This document shows positions 37,602-46,782 of a stretch of 64,000 nt of DNA, one piece after another (position 1 is the first letter of the stretch; each line of letters opens with the position of its first letter). The DNA is from Candidatus Woesebacteria bacterium (GTDB lineage: Bacteria > Patescibacteriota > Microgenomatia > UBA8517). The notes beneath the pieces are model-generated. The model saw only the letters and a program-made list of their open reading frames with translations, did not search any database and was not told where the DNA came from. Made by a program: the position numbers and the translations under genes. Location: positions 724,582 to 788,581 of the forward strand of contig CP058602.1 in NCBI GenBank assembly GCA_013426185.1. Reading direction: 5' to 3'.

Positions 37602-37837
37602 GCGAAGCGAAAATCTCTTATGTGGAAGCTTTCTCGCCTGAGGGGCGAGAAAGCTGAAACACAAGAGGAGCGCAAGCTTTAGCTGAGAACTCTTATGTGG
37701 AAGCTTTCGCAGCTGAAAGCTGCGAAAGCAGACACGCAAGAGCCGCGCAGGCCCTAGGCCGAGAATCTTATGTGGAAGACAAGCGAGCTTAAAAAGCGAG
37801 CGAAGCTTACACACAAGAGGAGTTGAGCAAAGCTTAG
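37543..37837 (+). repeat. tandem array of four 75-nt units (TTATGTGGAAG - 12-bp hairpin - ACACAAGAGGAG - variable tail)
   Basis: Unit starts at 37543, 37618, 37693 and 37768, an exact 75-nt period. The hairpin cores differ between units but stay complementary (CTTTCTCGCC/GGCGAGAAAG versus CTTTCGCAGC/GCTGCGAAAG). Confidence 0.8.
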
Positions 37838-38218
37838 ATGCTACCCCTTAAAGGTAAGACCTTTAAATGGTATAGATATATGAATTCAAGAAGAGGTGTT
37901 TTTGCAGACATATATTCTTTGGTGGGTAATGTCCCAAAGGGTAGGGTAATAACTTACGGCCTTGTTGCTGATTTCTTGGAACAAAGTAAAGGACTTAAAG
38001 TTTCACCAAGGCTTGTGGGTTTTGCTTTGCACAAGAATAAAGATAATAAAAAAATCCCTTGTCATAGGGTGGTCTTTAAGGACGGTAGTTTGTCTTCAAA
38101 ATTTGCTTTTGGGGGAATTGAGGCTCAAAGACGGAAGTTGAAAGAAGAAGGAATTGCTTTCACTAGTGGTGGTCGGGTTAATCTTAAAAAATGCTTATGG
38201 AAAGACTTGAAATTCTAG
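37838..38218 (+). CDS. MGMT-family (O6-alkylguanine-DNA alkyltransferase C-terminal domain) protein; start may be the internal ATG at 37883
   Basis: active-site IPCHRVV and preceding TYG helix-turn-helix block. Confidence 0.7.
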   Translation: MLPLKGKTFKWYRYMNSRRGVFADIYSLVGNVPKGRVITYGLVADFLEQSKGLKVSPRLVGFALHKNKDNKKIPCHRVVFKDGSLSSKFAFGGIEAQRRKLKEEGIAFTSGGRVNLKKCLWKDLKF

Positions 38219-38475
38219 TCTCAGGCAGGGTTCAAGGTGTATTTTTTAGAGCCTTCACCGCCAAAAAGGCAAGAGAACTGAATCTTGTTGGTTGGGTGGC
38301 AAATCTTCCCGATGGAAGAGTAAAAATAGTTGCACAAGGGGAAAAAGATTCTCTTCAAGAGCTGCTTGAGTCGGTAAAATTAGGGCCACCTTTGGCAAAA
38401 GTTTCTCAAGTTGAATTTAAATGGAGCCGTAGATTTGAACCTTTTGATAATTTTTTTGTCCGTTACGATCTTTAA
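38191..38475 (+). CDS. acyP: acylphosphatase
   Basis: VSGRVQGVFFR and WV.N..DGRV signature. Confidence 0.8.
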   Translation: MLMERLEILVSGRVQGVFFRAFTAKKARELNLVGWVANLPDGRVKIVAQGEKDSLQELLESVKLGPPLAKVSQVEFKWSRRFEPFDNFFVRYDL

Positions 38476-38589
38476 GGTTAGGTTTGAGATTTACTGAGGC
38501 TATTCTTGGAGATAAAAAGGCCTCATAAAATTCTATCATAGCTTGAAGAAACTTCACTTTATCCTCCAAATTATGTATTATGAATTGAA

Positions 38590-39129
38590 GTGGTAAAACG
38601 TGAGATTCTAACACATTATCTTTTCTTTCTAGCATTTTTTATTTTCCTTGCGATTAGAAGGAATCTTTTTTCTTTTTCATCTTTTCCTTTCTGGTTGGGT
38701 GGCTTTATTGGCACTTTTTTAGTTGATTTGGATCATTTTCTTTACGCTTTTCTCCTTAATCCTCAAGATCTTGCTTCTCAAAGGGCAATTTATTACCTTA
38801 AGAAGAGGGAATATATAAGAGCCTTTCTAGTCCTTTGGGACGCAAAAGAAAATAGAACTCACCAAGTCTTTCATTCTTTTTCCTTTCAAATTATTTTTTT
38901 AATTTTGGCCTTTTGGGTTGTATCTTCATCAAGCAGTCTTTTTGCGATCGGCTTGGTTTTAGCTTTTTCTTTACATCTTTTTATTGATCAGTTCTCTGAT
39001 TTTCTTGTCTTGGGTAATCTTGATTTGTGGAAGAATGGATTTTTTAATTTGAGAATTGAGGAAAGAGGTCAACTTTTTTATTTTATTTTGAGTCTTTTAA
39101 TTTTTATCGCCTTTAGTTTTGTTTTTTGA
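38590..39129 (+). CDS. hypothetical polytopic membrane protein
   Basis: ORF, hydrophobic. Confidence 0.3.
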   Translation: MVKREILTHYLFFLAFFIFLAIRRNLFSFSSFPFWLGGFIGTFLVDLDHFLYAFLLNPQDLASQRAIYYLKKREYIRAFLVLWDAKENRTHQVFHSFSFQIIFLILAFWVVSSSSSLFAIGLVLAFSLHLFIDQFSDFLVLGNLDLWKNGFFNLRIEERGQLFYFILSLLIFIAFSFVF

Positions 39130-39168
39130 GGGTTGACTTATCTTTATAACTTGGTTTATATTCTTGGT

Positions 39169-39489
39169 ATGGCTTTGACAGATATTAATCATCAAGATTT
39201 TACAGAGAAAGTTTTAAAGTCAAAAACTCCTGTTTTGGTTGATTTTTGGGCTTCCTGGTGTGGTCCTTGTAGAATGGCAGAGCCTGTGCTTGAAGAGCTT
39301 TCGGATGATTATCAAGGCAAGGTTAGTTTTTTCAAAGTTAATGTGGATGAAAATCCTGATCTTGCTTCAAGTTATGGAGTGATGTCTATCCCCACAACAA
39401 TTCTTTTTCAGGATGGTAAAGAAGTTTCAAGACAAGTTGGTTTTGCAGGAAAAGAAGGCTTTGAAAATCTACTTAAAAAATTTGCTTAG
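39169..39489 (+). CDS. trxA: thioredoxin
   Basis: WCGPC active site; start set at [11 protein letters not shown] (longer ORF from 39133 possible). Confidence 0.85.
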   Translation: MALTDINHQDFTEKVLKSKTPVLVDFWASWCGPCRMAEPVLEELSDDYQGKVSFFKVNVDENPDLASSYGVMSIPTTILFQDGKEVSRQVGFAGKEGFENLLKKFA

Positions 39490-39495
39490 AGAAAG

Positions 39496-39915
39496 GTGGT
39501 GATAATTATGGATCCAAATAACCCGACAAACGATCAACAGCAAATAGGTCAGATGTCATCTGATAATTCACAAGTATCAGCTGACAATTCCCAAATGCCA
39601 TCTGATAATTATCAAGCGCCGATGTCAAGCCAAGAACCAGATCAGGCAACGTCGGTTGCAGGTGTTGTAGCCGAGCCGCCAACTGCGCCCGTTACTCCTC
39701 AAGAGGAGGTTGCAGGAGGTGTTGCCCAAGTTTCTGAGGCTGAGCCGGGGCAACAAATGATGAGCGAGTCAGTCCAGGTGAGTCAAGAAGTTCCTGAACA
39801 AGTTAATCCTGTTGACGCGTCACAGTATCCTAATCCAACTGTCACAACAGCAGGAACAGCGCCTCTTGGTGGCGAGCCTAGTGAGGGAGACAATAATCCT
39901 CCTCAAGCTGCCTAA
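39496..39915 (+). CDS. low-complexity Q/P/S/E-rich acidic protein
   Basis: ORF only, compositionally biased. Confidence 0.3.
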   Translation: MVIIMDPNNPTNDQQQIGQMSSDNSQVSADNSQMPSDNYQAPMSSQEPDQATSVAGVVAEPPTAPVTPQEEVAGGVAQVSEAEPGQQMMSESVQVSQEVPEQVNPVDASQYPNPTVTTAGTAPLGGEPSEGDNNPPQAA

Positions 39916-39926
39916 ACGCATTTTTT

Positions 39927-40868
39927 ATGGAAGCTCAGGAAAATTTGTGGGACATTGTGATTATTGGTTCAGGTCCTGCTGGGTTGACAGCGGCAATTTA
40001 TACTTCTCGTGGGGCTGCTTCCACCTTGGTCTTGGCTGGTTCAACTTGGGGAGGGCAGTTGATGTTAACCACCGAAGTTGAGAATTTCCCCGGCTTTCCT
40101 GAAGGGGTTATGGGGCCTGATTTAATGCTTAAGATGAGGCAGCAAGCTGAGCGTTTTGGGTCGGTAGTTAAGGAAGAAGATGCAAGAGAAGTTGTTACTT
40201 CTGAAAATGGTTTTTTAGTCAAAACAGATAATTCTTCATATAAAGCAAGATCTTTAATTGTGGCCTCAGGCGCTGCAACTAAGTGGCTTGATGCTCCTGG
40301 AGTAAAAGAGTTGATTGGAAGAGGAGTTTCCTCTTGTGCGCCTTGTGATGCTTATTTTTTCAAGGATAAAAAAGTAGCGGTTGTTGGTGGGGGAGATTCT
40401 GCAATGGAGGAAGCTTTGGTTTTGTCAAAATTTGCAAATGAAGTGATTATAGTTCATCGCCGTGATGAGTTCCGCGCTTCAAAAATAATGCAGGACAAGG
40501 TTTTTGCTAACCCTAAAATTAAAGTTCTTTGGAATACAGAAGTAAAGGAAGCTAAAGGAAAAGAAAAATTGGAGGCCTTGGTTTTGATTAACAATAAAAC
40601 TCAAGAAGTAAAAGAAGAGTCTTTTGATGGTCTTTTTGTTGCAATTGGACATGTTCCTCAAAGTGAAGTTTTTAAAGGATTGCTTGAACTTGATGAAAAA
40701 GGTTATGTTAAGGTTTTTGACAAGACCAAAACTAATGTTACAGGAATTTTTGTAGCAGGAGATGTGCATGATTTCAGGTACAGGCAGGCAGTGACCGCAG
40801 CCGGCTTTGGTTGTATGGCAGCGCTTGATGCCCTTTCCTACATTGAGAATTTGAAATCTACTAGTTGA
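39927..40868 (+). CDS. trxB: thioredoxin-disulfide reductase
   Basis: FAD motif GSGPAGLTAAIY, redox CAPCDA, NADPH motif GGGDSAMEEA. Confidence 0.85.
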   Translation: MEAQENLWDIVIIGSGPAGLTAAIYTSRGAASTLVLAGSTWGGQLMLTTEVENFPGFPEGVMGPDLMLKMRQQAERFGSVVKEEDAREVVTSENGFLVKTDNSSYKARSLIVASGAATKWLDAPGVKELIGRGVSSCAPCDAYFFKDKKVAVVGGGDSAMEEALVLSKFANEVIIVHRRDEFRASKIMQDKVFANPKIKVLWNTEVKEAKGKEKLEALVLINNKTQEVKEESFDGLFVAIGHVPQSEVFKGLLELDEKGYVKVFDKTKTNVTGIFVAGDVHDFRYRQAVTAAGFGCMAALDALSYIENLKSTS

Positions 40869-40898
40869 CAGACTTCTTGTAATTGATAGAATAACTCT

Positions 40899-41708
40899 AT
40901 GGCAGAAGAGAAAGAAAGAAGTTTTTTTGAAAAAGCTTCTCCTTTATTTATTCTTCTTTCTATTATACTTGCTTTTTTTGTGGGCACTTTGTGGCAGAGA
41001 GTAAGAACTCTTGAAAAAGGAAATGCTGAAAGAGTCCAACAAGGAGCAACAGCTGCTCCTTCACAAGCTGAGAATGCAAAAGTGAGTATGGATACTATCC
41101 GCGGCCTTTTTGATAAAGATGTGATAAAGTTTGGGAGTAAAGATAGTAAGCTTATTTTTGTTGAAGTCTCAGATACTAGTTGTCCGTTTTGTGGTATAGC
41201 TTCGGGCAAGAATCCAGAACTTAACAATTCTAATCCCCGCTTTAAGCTTGTTAAAGATGGTGGCACATATAAGGCCCCAGTTGAGGAAATGAAAAAGCTT
41301 CTTGACGAAGGCAAGGCCTCTTTTGTCTATATTTACTTTCCCGGTCATGGGGCAGGGGAAATGGGAGCAAAAGCTCTTTACTGTGCTTATGAGATGGATA
41401 AGTTCTGGCAGGTTCATGATCTGTTGATGTCTTCTGCTGGTTATAATCTCTTGAACGATAAAGTGCAAAATGACAAAACAAAATCAGGCGAGCTTTCCCA
41501 GTTTTTAAAGTCGGTGATTGACGCTGCTAAGATGAAGTCGTGCTTGGATAGTGGCAAATATGATTCAAGGCTCGCTTCTGATATGAGTTTGGCCAGCTCT
41601 CTTGGAGTCCAGGGAACTCCCGGCTTTTTTGTTAATGATACTCGTTTTGATGGAGCCTACAGTTTTTCTGACATGGAACCTGTGGTCAAGGCCGCTTTGG
41701 GGGAGTAA
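40899..41708 (+). CDS. membrane-anchored DsbA-like thiol-disulfide oxidoreductase
   Basis: N-terminal TM, CPFC active site, C-terminal GTPGFFVND. Confidence 0.65.
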   Translation: MAEEKERSFFEKASPLFILLSIILAFFVGTLWQRVRTLEKGNAERVQQGATAAPSQAENAKVSMDTIRGLFDKDVIKFGSKDSKLIFVEVSDTSCPFCGIASGKNPELNNSNPRFKLVKDGGTYKAPVEEMKKLLDEGKASFVYIYFPGHGAGEMGAKALYCAYEMDKFWQVHDLLMSSAGYNLLNDKVQNDKTKSGELSQFLKSVIDAAKMKSCLDSGKYDSRLASDMSLASSLGVQGTPGFFVNDTRFDGAYSFSDMEPVVKAALGE

Positions 41709-42231
41709 TTAAACTTTCAATAATTTTATAAGCAATAACTGCTGCTGAACCCCAGACATTGAATGATTTGTTTATTCCAAGCATAGGCAGTTCAACTATA
41801 ATATCTGCTTCTTTGATTACTTCTTTTTTGACTCCATAAGTTTCATTGCCAACTACAATGGCGCAAGGAAAAGATGGATTTAGTTTTGAATAGGAAATTG
41901 AATCGGGATGTTGTTCAACTACTATTATTTGCACGCCATCTTTTTTCAGTTCTTTTATCGCTTCAAGTGCTGTTTCTCTTTTTTCCCAAGGCACCCAATT
42001 TTCTGTTCCGACCGCCGCTTTGTGGATTCGCGAGGATGGGGGAAAATCCATATTGCCGCAGAGGTAGACTTTTTTAACAGCAACAGCATCAGCAAGCCTA
42101 AAAAGGGAACCGATGTTGTAGGTATCGTTTATCTCATCAAGAACAAGGTAAACTGGCGCTCTTTTGATTTTATTAAGAAGAGAGAGATTTGCCTCTTTTT
42201 TTCTTAATTCTTTAGCGTTTAATTTTTCCAT
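41686..42231 (-). CDS. SpoU/TrmH family RNA 2'-O-methyltransferase
   Basis: SPOUT blocks LVLDEINDTYNIGSLFRLADA and IVVGNETYGV. Confidence 0.75.
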   Translation of the reverse strand: MEKLNAKELRKKEANLSLLNKIKRAPVYLVLDEINDTYNIGSLFRLADAVAVKKVYLCGNMDFPPSSRIHKAAVGTENWVPWEKRETALEAIKELKKDGVQIIVVEQHPDSISYSKLNPSFPCAIVVGNETYGVKKEVIKEADIIVELPMLGINKSFNVWGSAAVIAYKIIESLITPPKRP

Positions 42232-42280
42232 AGCCTTATTCTAGCATTTGTGAGCTTTAAATGGTAAAATGAGAGGCCTT

Positions 42281-42353
42281 GGCGCTATCGTCTAGAGGCC
42301 TAGGACAGCGGGCTTTCATCCCGCAAACCCGGGTTCGAATCCCGGTAGCGTCA
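42281..42353 (+). tRNA. tRNA-Glu(UUC)
   Basis: acceptor GGCGCTA/TAGCGTC, anticodon loop CTTTCAT, T-arm CCGGG-TTCGAAT-CCCGG. Confidence 0.85.
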
Positions 42354-42677
42354 CACATTAACTTAAAACTTAAAAGTCAAAAGTATAACTCAAAACTTAA
42401 AACTCAAAAGTCAAAAATTAGATTATAGATTTTGGATTAGAGATTAGAGAATAAAATTCCAAATCCCAAGCTCCAAATTACAAACAAATCACAGAATCTA
42501 GATTTAGGATTTAAGATTTATGAATTAAGATAGCAATCAACTCCGACAGCCGACGGCTGATAGCTGAAATCCGAATTCTTTTACCTTTTACCTCTTGCCT
42601 TTTACCTATTCTTGATACTTGATTCGTGATACTTGTATGTCTCGTTTGTGCTATCATAATATTGAGTTTTACAAAAC
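42354..42677. repeat. mosaic modular intergenic repeat region (reverse-complement modules)
   Basis: reverse complements of ttgagttttaagttttgag, tctataatct, ttggaatttg, gaattcggatttcagctatcagccgtcggctgtcgg, ggtaaaaggcaagaggtaaaag, and the cgtgatac/caagtatcaag module. Confidence 0.8.
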
Positions 42678-44519
42678 GTGATTAAAAAAGCTCTTACTAT
42701 TATCTTCTTCGCTTTTTTGTTTTTACTCTCTCCTTCTTTGGTTTTGGCTAAAGATTATTCTATTTCCAAAGTTGATATTGAGGTTAATTTGCAAAAAGAT
42801 GGCTCGGCTTTAGTAAAAGAGTCAAGAACTTACAAGTTTGATGGTTCTTTTTCTTGGGCTGATGAGTGGATTAACCTTAAGCCCAAGTGTTCAGGTTGCA
42901 AGAACTATAAAATATCTGATTTTTCTCTTGAAGATGAGAAAGGTCTTTATGTTAAAAATTCCTCTGGTATGCCTCAAAGTTTTTATCTTGAAGAGCAGGA
43001 AGATAAATTTTATGTTAAATGGTTTTATTCGGCTGTTAACGAAAGTAAGACTTTCATTTTGAAGTACAAGATCCAAAATGCTATTACCAATCATAAAGAT
43101 ATTGCTGAATTTTATTGGCAGCTGGTTGGTAAGGATTGGTCTAAGGCTTCAAATGAGGTCAACGCCAAAGTTTTTCTTCCACAAGATGCACCGAGTGATA
43201 AGATCTGGGCCTTTGGGCATGGTCCGTTAAATGGCAAGATGAATATTGTTTCTTCTCGGGAGGTAGATTTTTATACTTCAAATCTTGCTCCCAATACTTT
43301 TTTTGAGGTTAGGGTTCTTTTTCCAAAGCTTGAAAATGCTCCTTTTGCTCAAAATTCAGACCAAACGCTTGATTTGATATTGAAGGAAGAAAAAGGTTTT
43401 GCTGACCAGGGCAAATTAAAATTTTTGGCAGGGCTTTTGTTTTCGCTTTTGATTTTAGCTATTTTTATTTGGAGAGGGGTTTATTGGTTTTCGACTTGGT
43501 ATAAGTATGGCAGGGATCCAAAATTGCCGGAAGTTAATTTGTCAGGCAAACTTCATGAGCCACCAAGTGATTTGCACCCGATTTATGTTCAGGCGCTTTT
43601 AAATAAAGGGAAATTAGATGGCAAAGCGATAACGGCAACGATTATAGAGCTTGTGAGAAGGAAAGTTTTGGTATTTAAGAAAGAGAAGCTTAAGAACTTC
43701 TTTGGCGGTTATAAAGATGAATATAGCCTTATCTTATTAGACAGGAATGGGGAAATGAATAAATATGAGAAAAGTTTAGTTGATCTTCTTTTTGAAACTC
43801 AAGATACTATTAGCTTTTATGATATTAAGAGCTTGGGTAGAAAGAAACCTACTTCAGTATCTTATTTTTGGCGGGATTTGAAAAAAGCTGGTGATGATTT
43901 GGTTTCATTGGGATTTCTTGACAGTACAGCTTCAAAAATGCGTAACAAGCTTGCTATCGAATTAGTTGTGTTTTTTATTGTTGGTGTCTTTTCTATTAGT
44001 TTTTTGACTCCCTTTTTGGTAGCGTTTTTTCAGTCTGGTGTTATTTTTCTTTTTCTTTCTTTACCTATTCTTTTCTCTATTTTTATTTTGATGTTTATCT
44101 TAGTTTTTGTGATGGATAAAAGAACAGAAAAAGGCAATCAGGAAATGGCTGGTTGGCTTGCTTTTAAGAAGTTTTTGAAAGATTATTCAGTGACCAAAAA
44201 TTATCCTATTGATTCGGTGATTTTATGGGAAAAGTACCTGGTTTATGGCACTGTTTTGGGAATTTCAGTTAAGGCTTTATCCGAGCTTCCTATTAAATAT
44301 TCTGAGGAATTTGAAAGATCGCCTGTTTATGTGGGCTTTGTAGGAAGTGGTGGAGGAGGAAATATTTCTAATTTTTCTTCAAGCTTTTCTGCTCTTAGTG
44401 AAGGATTAAGTTCTCTTTCCTCTTCTGTTGCAAGTGGCGCTCATGGTGTAGGCTCTTCCGGCGGTTTTTCCGGCGGTGGAGGAGGAGGCGGAGGTGGTGG
44501 GGGAGGAAGTGCGGGATAG
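42678..44519 (+). CDS. DUF2207-like secreted/membrane protein with C-terminal poly-Gly tail
   Basis: signal peptide, large N-terminal domain, multiple TM in middle, C-terminal SSGGFSGGGGGGGGGGGGSAG. Confidence 0.5.
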   Translation: MIKKALTIIFFAFLFLLSPSLVLAKDYSISKVDIEVNLQKDGSALVKESRTYKFDGSFSWADEWINLKPKCSGCKNYKISDFSLEDEKGLYVKNSSGMPQSFYLEEQEDKFYVKWFYSAVNESKTFILKYKIQNAITNHKDIAEFYWQLVGKDWSKASNEVNAKVFLPQDAPSDKIWAFGHGPLNGKMNIVSSREVDFYTSNLAPNTFFEVRVLFPKLENAPFAQNSDQTLDLILKEEKGFADQGKLKFLAGLLFSLLILAIFIWRGVYWFSTWYKYGRDPKLPEVNLSGKLHEPPSDLHPIYVQALLNKGKLDGKAITATIIELVRRKVLVFKKEKLKNFFGGYKDEYSLILLDRNGEMNKYEKSLVDLLFETQDTISFYDIKSLGRKKPTSVSYFWRDLKKAGDDLVSLGFLDSTASKMRNKLAIELVVFFIVGVFSISFLTPFLVAFFQSGVIFLFLSLPILFSIFILMFILVFVMDKRTEKGNQEMAGWLAFKKFLKDYSVTKNYPIDSVILWEKYLVYGTVLGISVKALSELPIKYSEEFERSPVYVGFVGSGGGGNISNFSSSFSALSEGLSSLSSSVASGAHGVGSSGGFSGGGGGGGGGGGGSAG

Positions 44520-44693
44520 ATCGGTATCACGTATCACGAATCAAGTATCAAGAATAGGTAAAAGAGTAAAAGTTGAAAGCTAAAAGAGATCCAAGTAGAA
44601 AGTAGAACGTAGTAAGTAGAAAGCAAAATTCTATAATCTATAATCCAAAATCTATAATCTAATTTTTGACTTTTGAGTTTTAAATTAAATCTG
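44520..44693. repeat. modular intergenic repeat region
   Basis: tcacgtatcacgaatcaagtatcaagaataggtaaaagagtaaaag, caagtagaaagtagaacgtagtaagtagaaagcaaa, tctataatctataatccaaaatctataatc, tttgacttttgagttttaaa. Confidence 0.8.
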
Positions 44694-44765
44694 TGAGCCC
44701 GGGAGGACTCGAACCTCCAACGCCCAGCTTAAAAGGCTGGCGCTCTGCCATTGAGCTACGGGCCC
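44694..44765 (-). tRNA. tRNA-Lys(UUU)
   Basis: acceptor GGGCCCG/CGGGCTC, anticodon loop CTTTTAA, T-arm GGAGG-TTCGAGT-CCTCC. Confidence 0.85.
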
Positions 44766-44869
44766 AAGTAAATTTTAGACAAAAAATATTTTATCACTCA
44801 GGTTTTAAAAAGGCTAGTCTTGATATTAGAACCTAGTTGCTGGGTACTAGGTACTGGGTGTGTAGTTTG

Positions 44870-45559
44870 TTATGAAGAAAAGTCTAAAACGAATTGCTAT
44901 ACAGCTAAGGCGGTAAGGTTATTCTTATTCTGAAATAATTAAGAAGGTTCCTGTGGCCAAATCCACTCTTTCTCTGTGGTTGAGATCTGTTAATCTAACC
45001 AATTCTCAAAAACAAAAGCTTACATTAAAGAAACTAAAATCGGCTAAAAGAGGAGCAGAGAAAAGGAGACTTTAGAGAATTATGAAGACTCGAGAAATTA
45101 TAGAAAAATCCATTTTGGATATTAAGAATATTAGTAAAGAGGAACTTTTCTTAATAGGTGTTGTGCTTTATTGGTGAGGGTTCTAAGGAGAAGAATTATT
45201 CTTCTGGTGTAAGTGTTATTTTTAGCAATTCTGATCCTTTGATGTGTAGGTTGTTTCTAAGATGGCTGAAAGAGATCGTGGGTATCGAAGAGAAGAGGAT
45301 TTCGTTTGAGATTTATATTCATGATAATTTTAAGGATAAGGTTTCTGCCATCTCAGAATATTGGGCAAGGGAAACTGGATTTTCTATTAGCAAATTTGGT
45401 AAAATCTATTTCAAGAAAAGTAAGACCTTGACTTTAAGGAAAAATATAGCAGAAGGTTATCACGGATTACTTAGAATTAGGGTTAGAAGATCTACGGATC
45501 TGAACAGGAAGATAAAAGGTTGGTTTTACGGGATTTGTATTCGTTGCGGGGTGGTGTAA
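44870..45559 (+). pseudogene. decayed paralog of the 9801..10487 HTH/LAGLIDADG-like gene (stop + frameshift), ends at the tRNA-Gln 5' end
   Basis: Translation gives MKKSLKRIAIQLRR*, then ...SEIIKKVPVAKSTLSLW..., then a frameshift into ...LFLRWLKEIVG...GLLRIRVRRSTDLNRKIKGWFYGI. This parallels ...LFLRWLYECFG...GILRIKVRKSTDFLRKIHGYIEGL in the intact copy. Confidence 0.6.
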
Positions 45560-45615
45560 TGGTAGCACGCCGGGTTTTGGCCCCGGAAATTGGGGTTCGA
45601 ATCCCTGCCCCGCAG
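45545..45615 (+). tRNA. tRNA-Gln(UUG)
   Basis: acceptor TGCGGGG/CCCCGCA, anticodon stem CCGGG/CCCGG, loop TTTTGGC, T-arm TGGGG-TTCGAAT-CCCTG. Confidence 0.75.
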
Positions 45616-45833
45616 CACTTCGGCAAGCTCCTTCGGCCCAGCAGGTTTTGGAAGAGTGGCTCAAAAATAATCAAAATGCAAAAAGAGAGGTAGAAGGAAG
45701 ATTAGTTTACAAATAACTACCAAAGTGCCACTTCGGTACACATAAGAAATATAGCTATTCCTAATTTTCTAGATATTTTTCTCTTGACAATTCCCACTTA
45801 AGGTGTAGAATATTGATATATTTAAATGTTTCT

Positions 45834-46115
45834 ATGATCAAACTAGCAGAAATTTTTAAAGCTCTTTCTGATAAAACCCGGCTTGATATTTTGAGAAAGA
45901 TTGCAGGGAAAAAGGAAATGTCTTGTAAAGACTTGTCTAAAAATTTTTCTCTTTCTCAACCAACACTTTCACATCATTTTAATAAGCTTATTGATTGCGG
46001 AGTTTTGTTGGCAAGAAAATCAAGGTCAGCTCACTATTACAGTCTAAATAGGAAACTTTTTGAAAGAATGGGTATTGATGTGAATAAACTTCTTAAAACT
46101 GGAGAAAGGGGGTGA
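45834..46115 (+). CDS. ArsR/SmtB family transcriptional regulator
   Basis: HTH block LAEIFKALSDKTRLDILRKI...; start set at MIKLAEIF because a TTGACA-16-TAGAAT promoter (45784-45811) ends 2 nt before the upstream ATG 45813. Confidence 0.75.
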   Translation: MIKLAEIFKALSDKTRLDILRKIAGKKEMSCKDLSKNFSLSQPTLSHHFNKLIDCGVLLARKSRSAHYYSLNRKLFERMGIDVNKLLKTGERG

Positions 46116-46741
46116 TTTTAGTGCAATTAAACGAAAAATTTGGAGAATTGGCAAGCGACGAGAGAATAAAAAAGACGGCTTCTGCTTTAAAGGAAAATGG
46201 CTTTGAAGTTGAAGTTGTTGAGAATAAAGAAGAGGTAAAAAGAAAGGTCTTGGAGATGATTCCCGAAGGTTCTGAGGTTTTTACAATGTCATCCCAGACT
46301 TTAGAGCAGGTCAGCCTTTCTGATGCGATCAATAATTCAGGTAAGTACAACTCGGTAAGAAATAAGCTTTTTACTATGGATAGAAATACCCAAGCTAGGG
46401 AAATGGCAAGGCTTGGTGCTGCTCCTGATTGGGTGGTCTCTTCGGTTCATGCGGTAACAGAGGATGGTCATTTAATTATTGCTTCAAATACAGGAAGTCA
46501 GCTTTCGGCTGAGGCTTATGCAGGAGGAAAGGTTATCTTTGTAGTTGGGGTGCAGAAGATAGTTAAAGATAATCAGGAAGGGATAAAACGAATTTATGAA
46601 TATTGTTTGCCTCTTGAGGATGAAAGAGCAAGAAAAGCGTATGGAATGGGAAGCAATGTCAGCAAAATCCTGATTATCAATAAAGAAATCTTTCCAGAAA
46701 GAATAACCGTCTTTTTGGTAAAAGAAAAGCTTGGTTTTTAG
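46112..46741 (+). CDS. LUD-domain protein (LutC/YkgG-like)
   Basis: LUD-like region GAAPDWVVSSVHAVTEDGHLIIASNTG; moderate. Confidence 0.5.
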   Translation: MILVQLNEKFGELASDERIKKTASALKENGFEVEVVENKEEVKRKVLEMIPEGSEVFTMSSQTLEQVSLSDAINNSGKYNSVRNKLFTMDRNTQAREMARLGAAPDWVVSSVHAVTEDGHLIIASNTGSQLSAEAYAGGKVIFVVGVQKIVKDNQEGIKRIYEYCLPLEDERARKAYGMGSNVSKILIINKEIFPERITVFLVKEKLGF

Positions 46742-46782
46742 TTTTTGTTGTGGTTGGTTTCTATTTTTGTTAGACTTCCATT

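Noticed and set aside
37443-37814. minus-strand ORF (123 aa, repetitive KLPHK)
   Set aside because: It is an artefact of translating the 75-nt tandem repeat on the opposite strand.
37543-37837. CRISPR array
   Set aside because: Units have two conserved blocks separated by a palindromic core and a 75-nt period, not a single 28-37-nt repeat with unique spacers. No cas genes are nearby.
45158-45559. intact 133-aa gene
   Set aside because: Its homology to 9801..10487 continues upstream (44870 onward) through a stop codon and a frameshift, so it is the 3' part of a pseudogene. The ORF terminus runs into tRNA-Gln.
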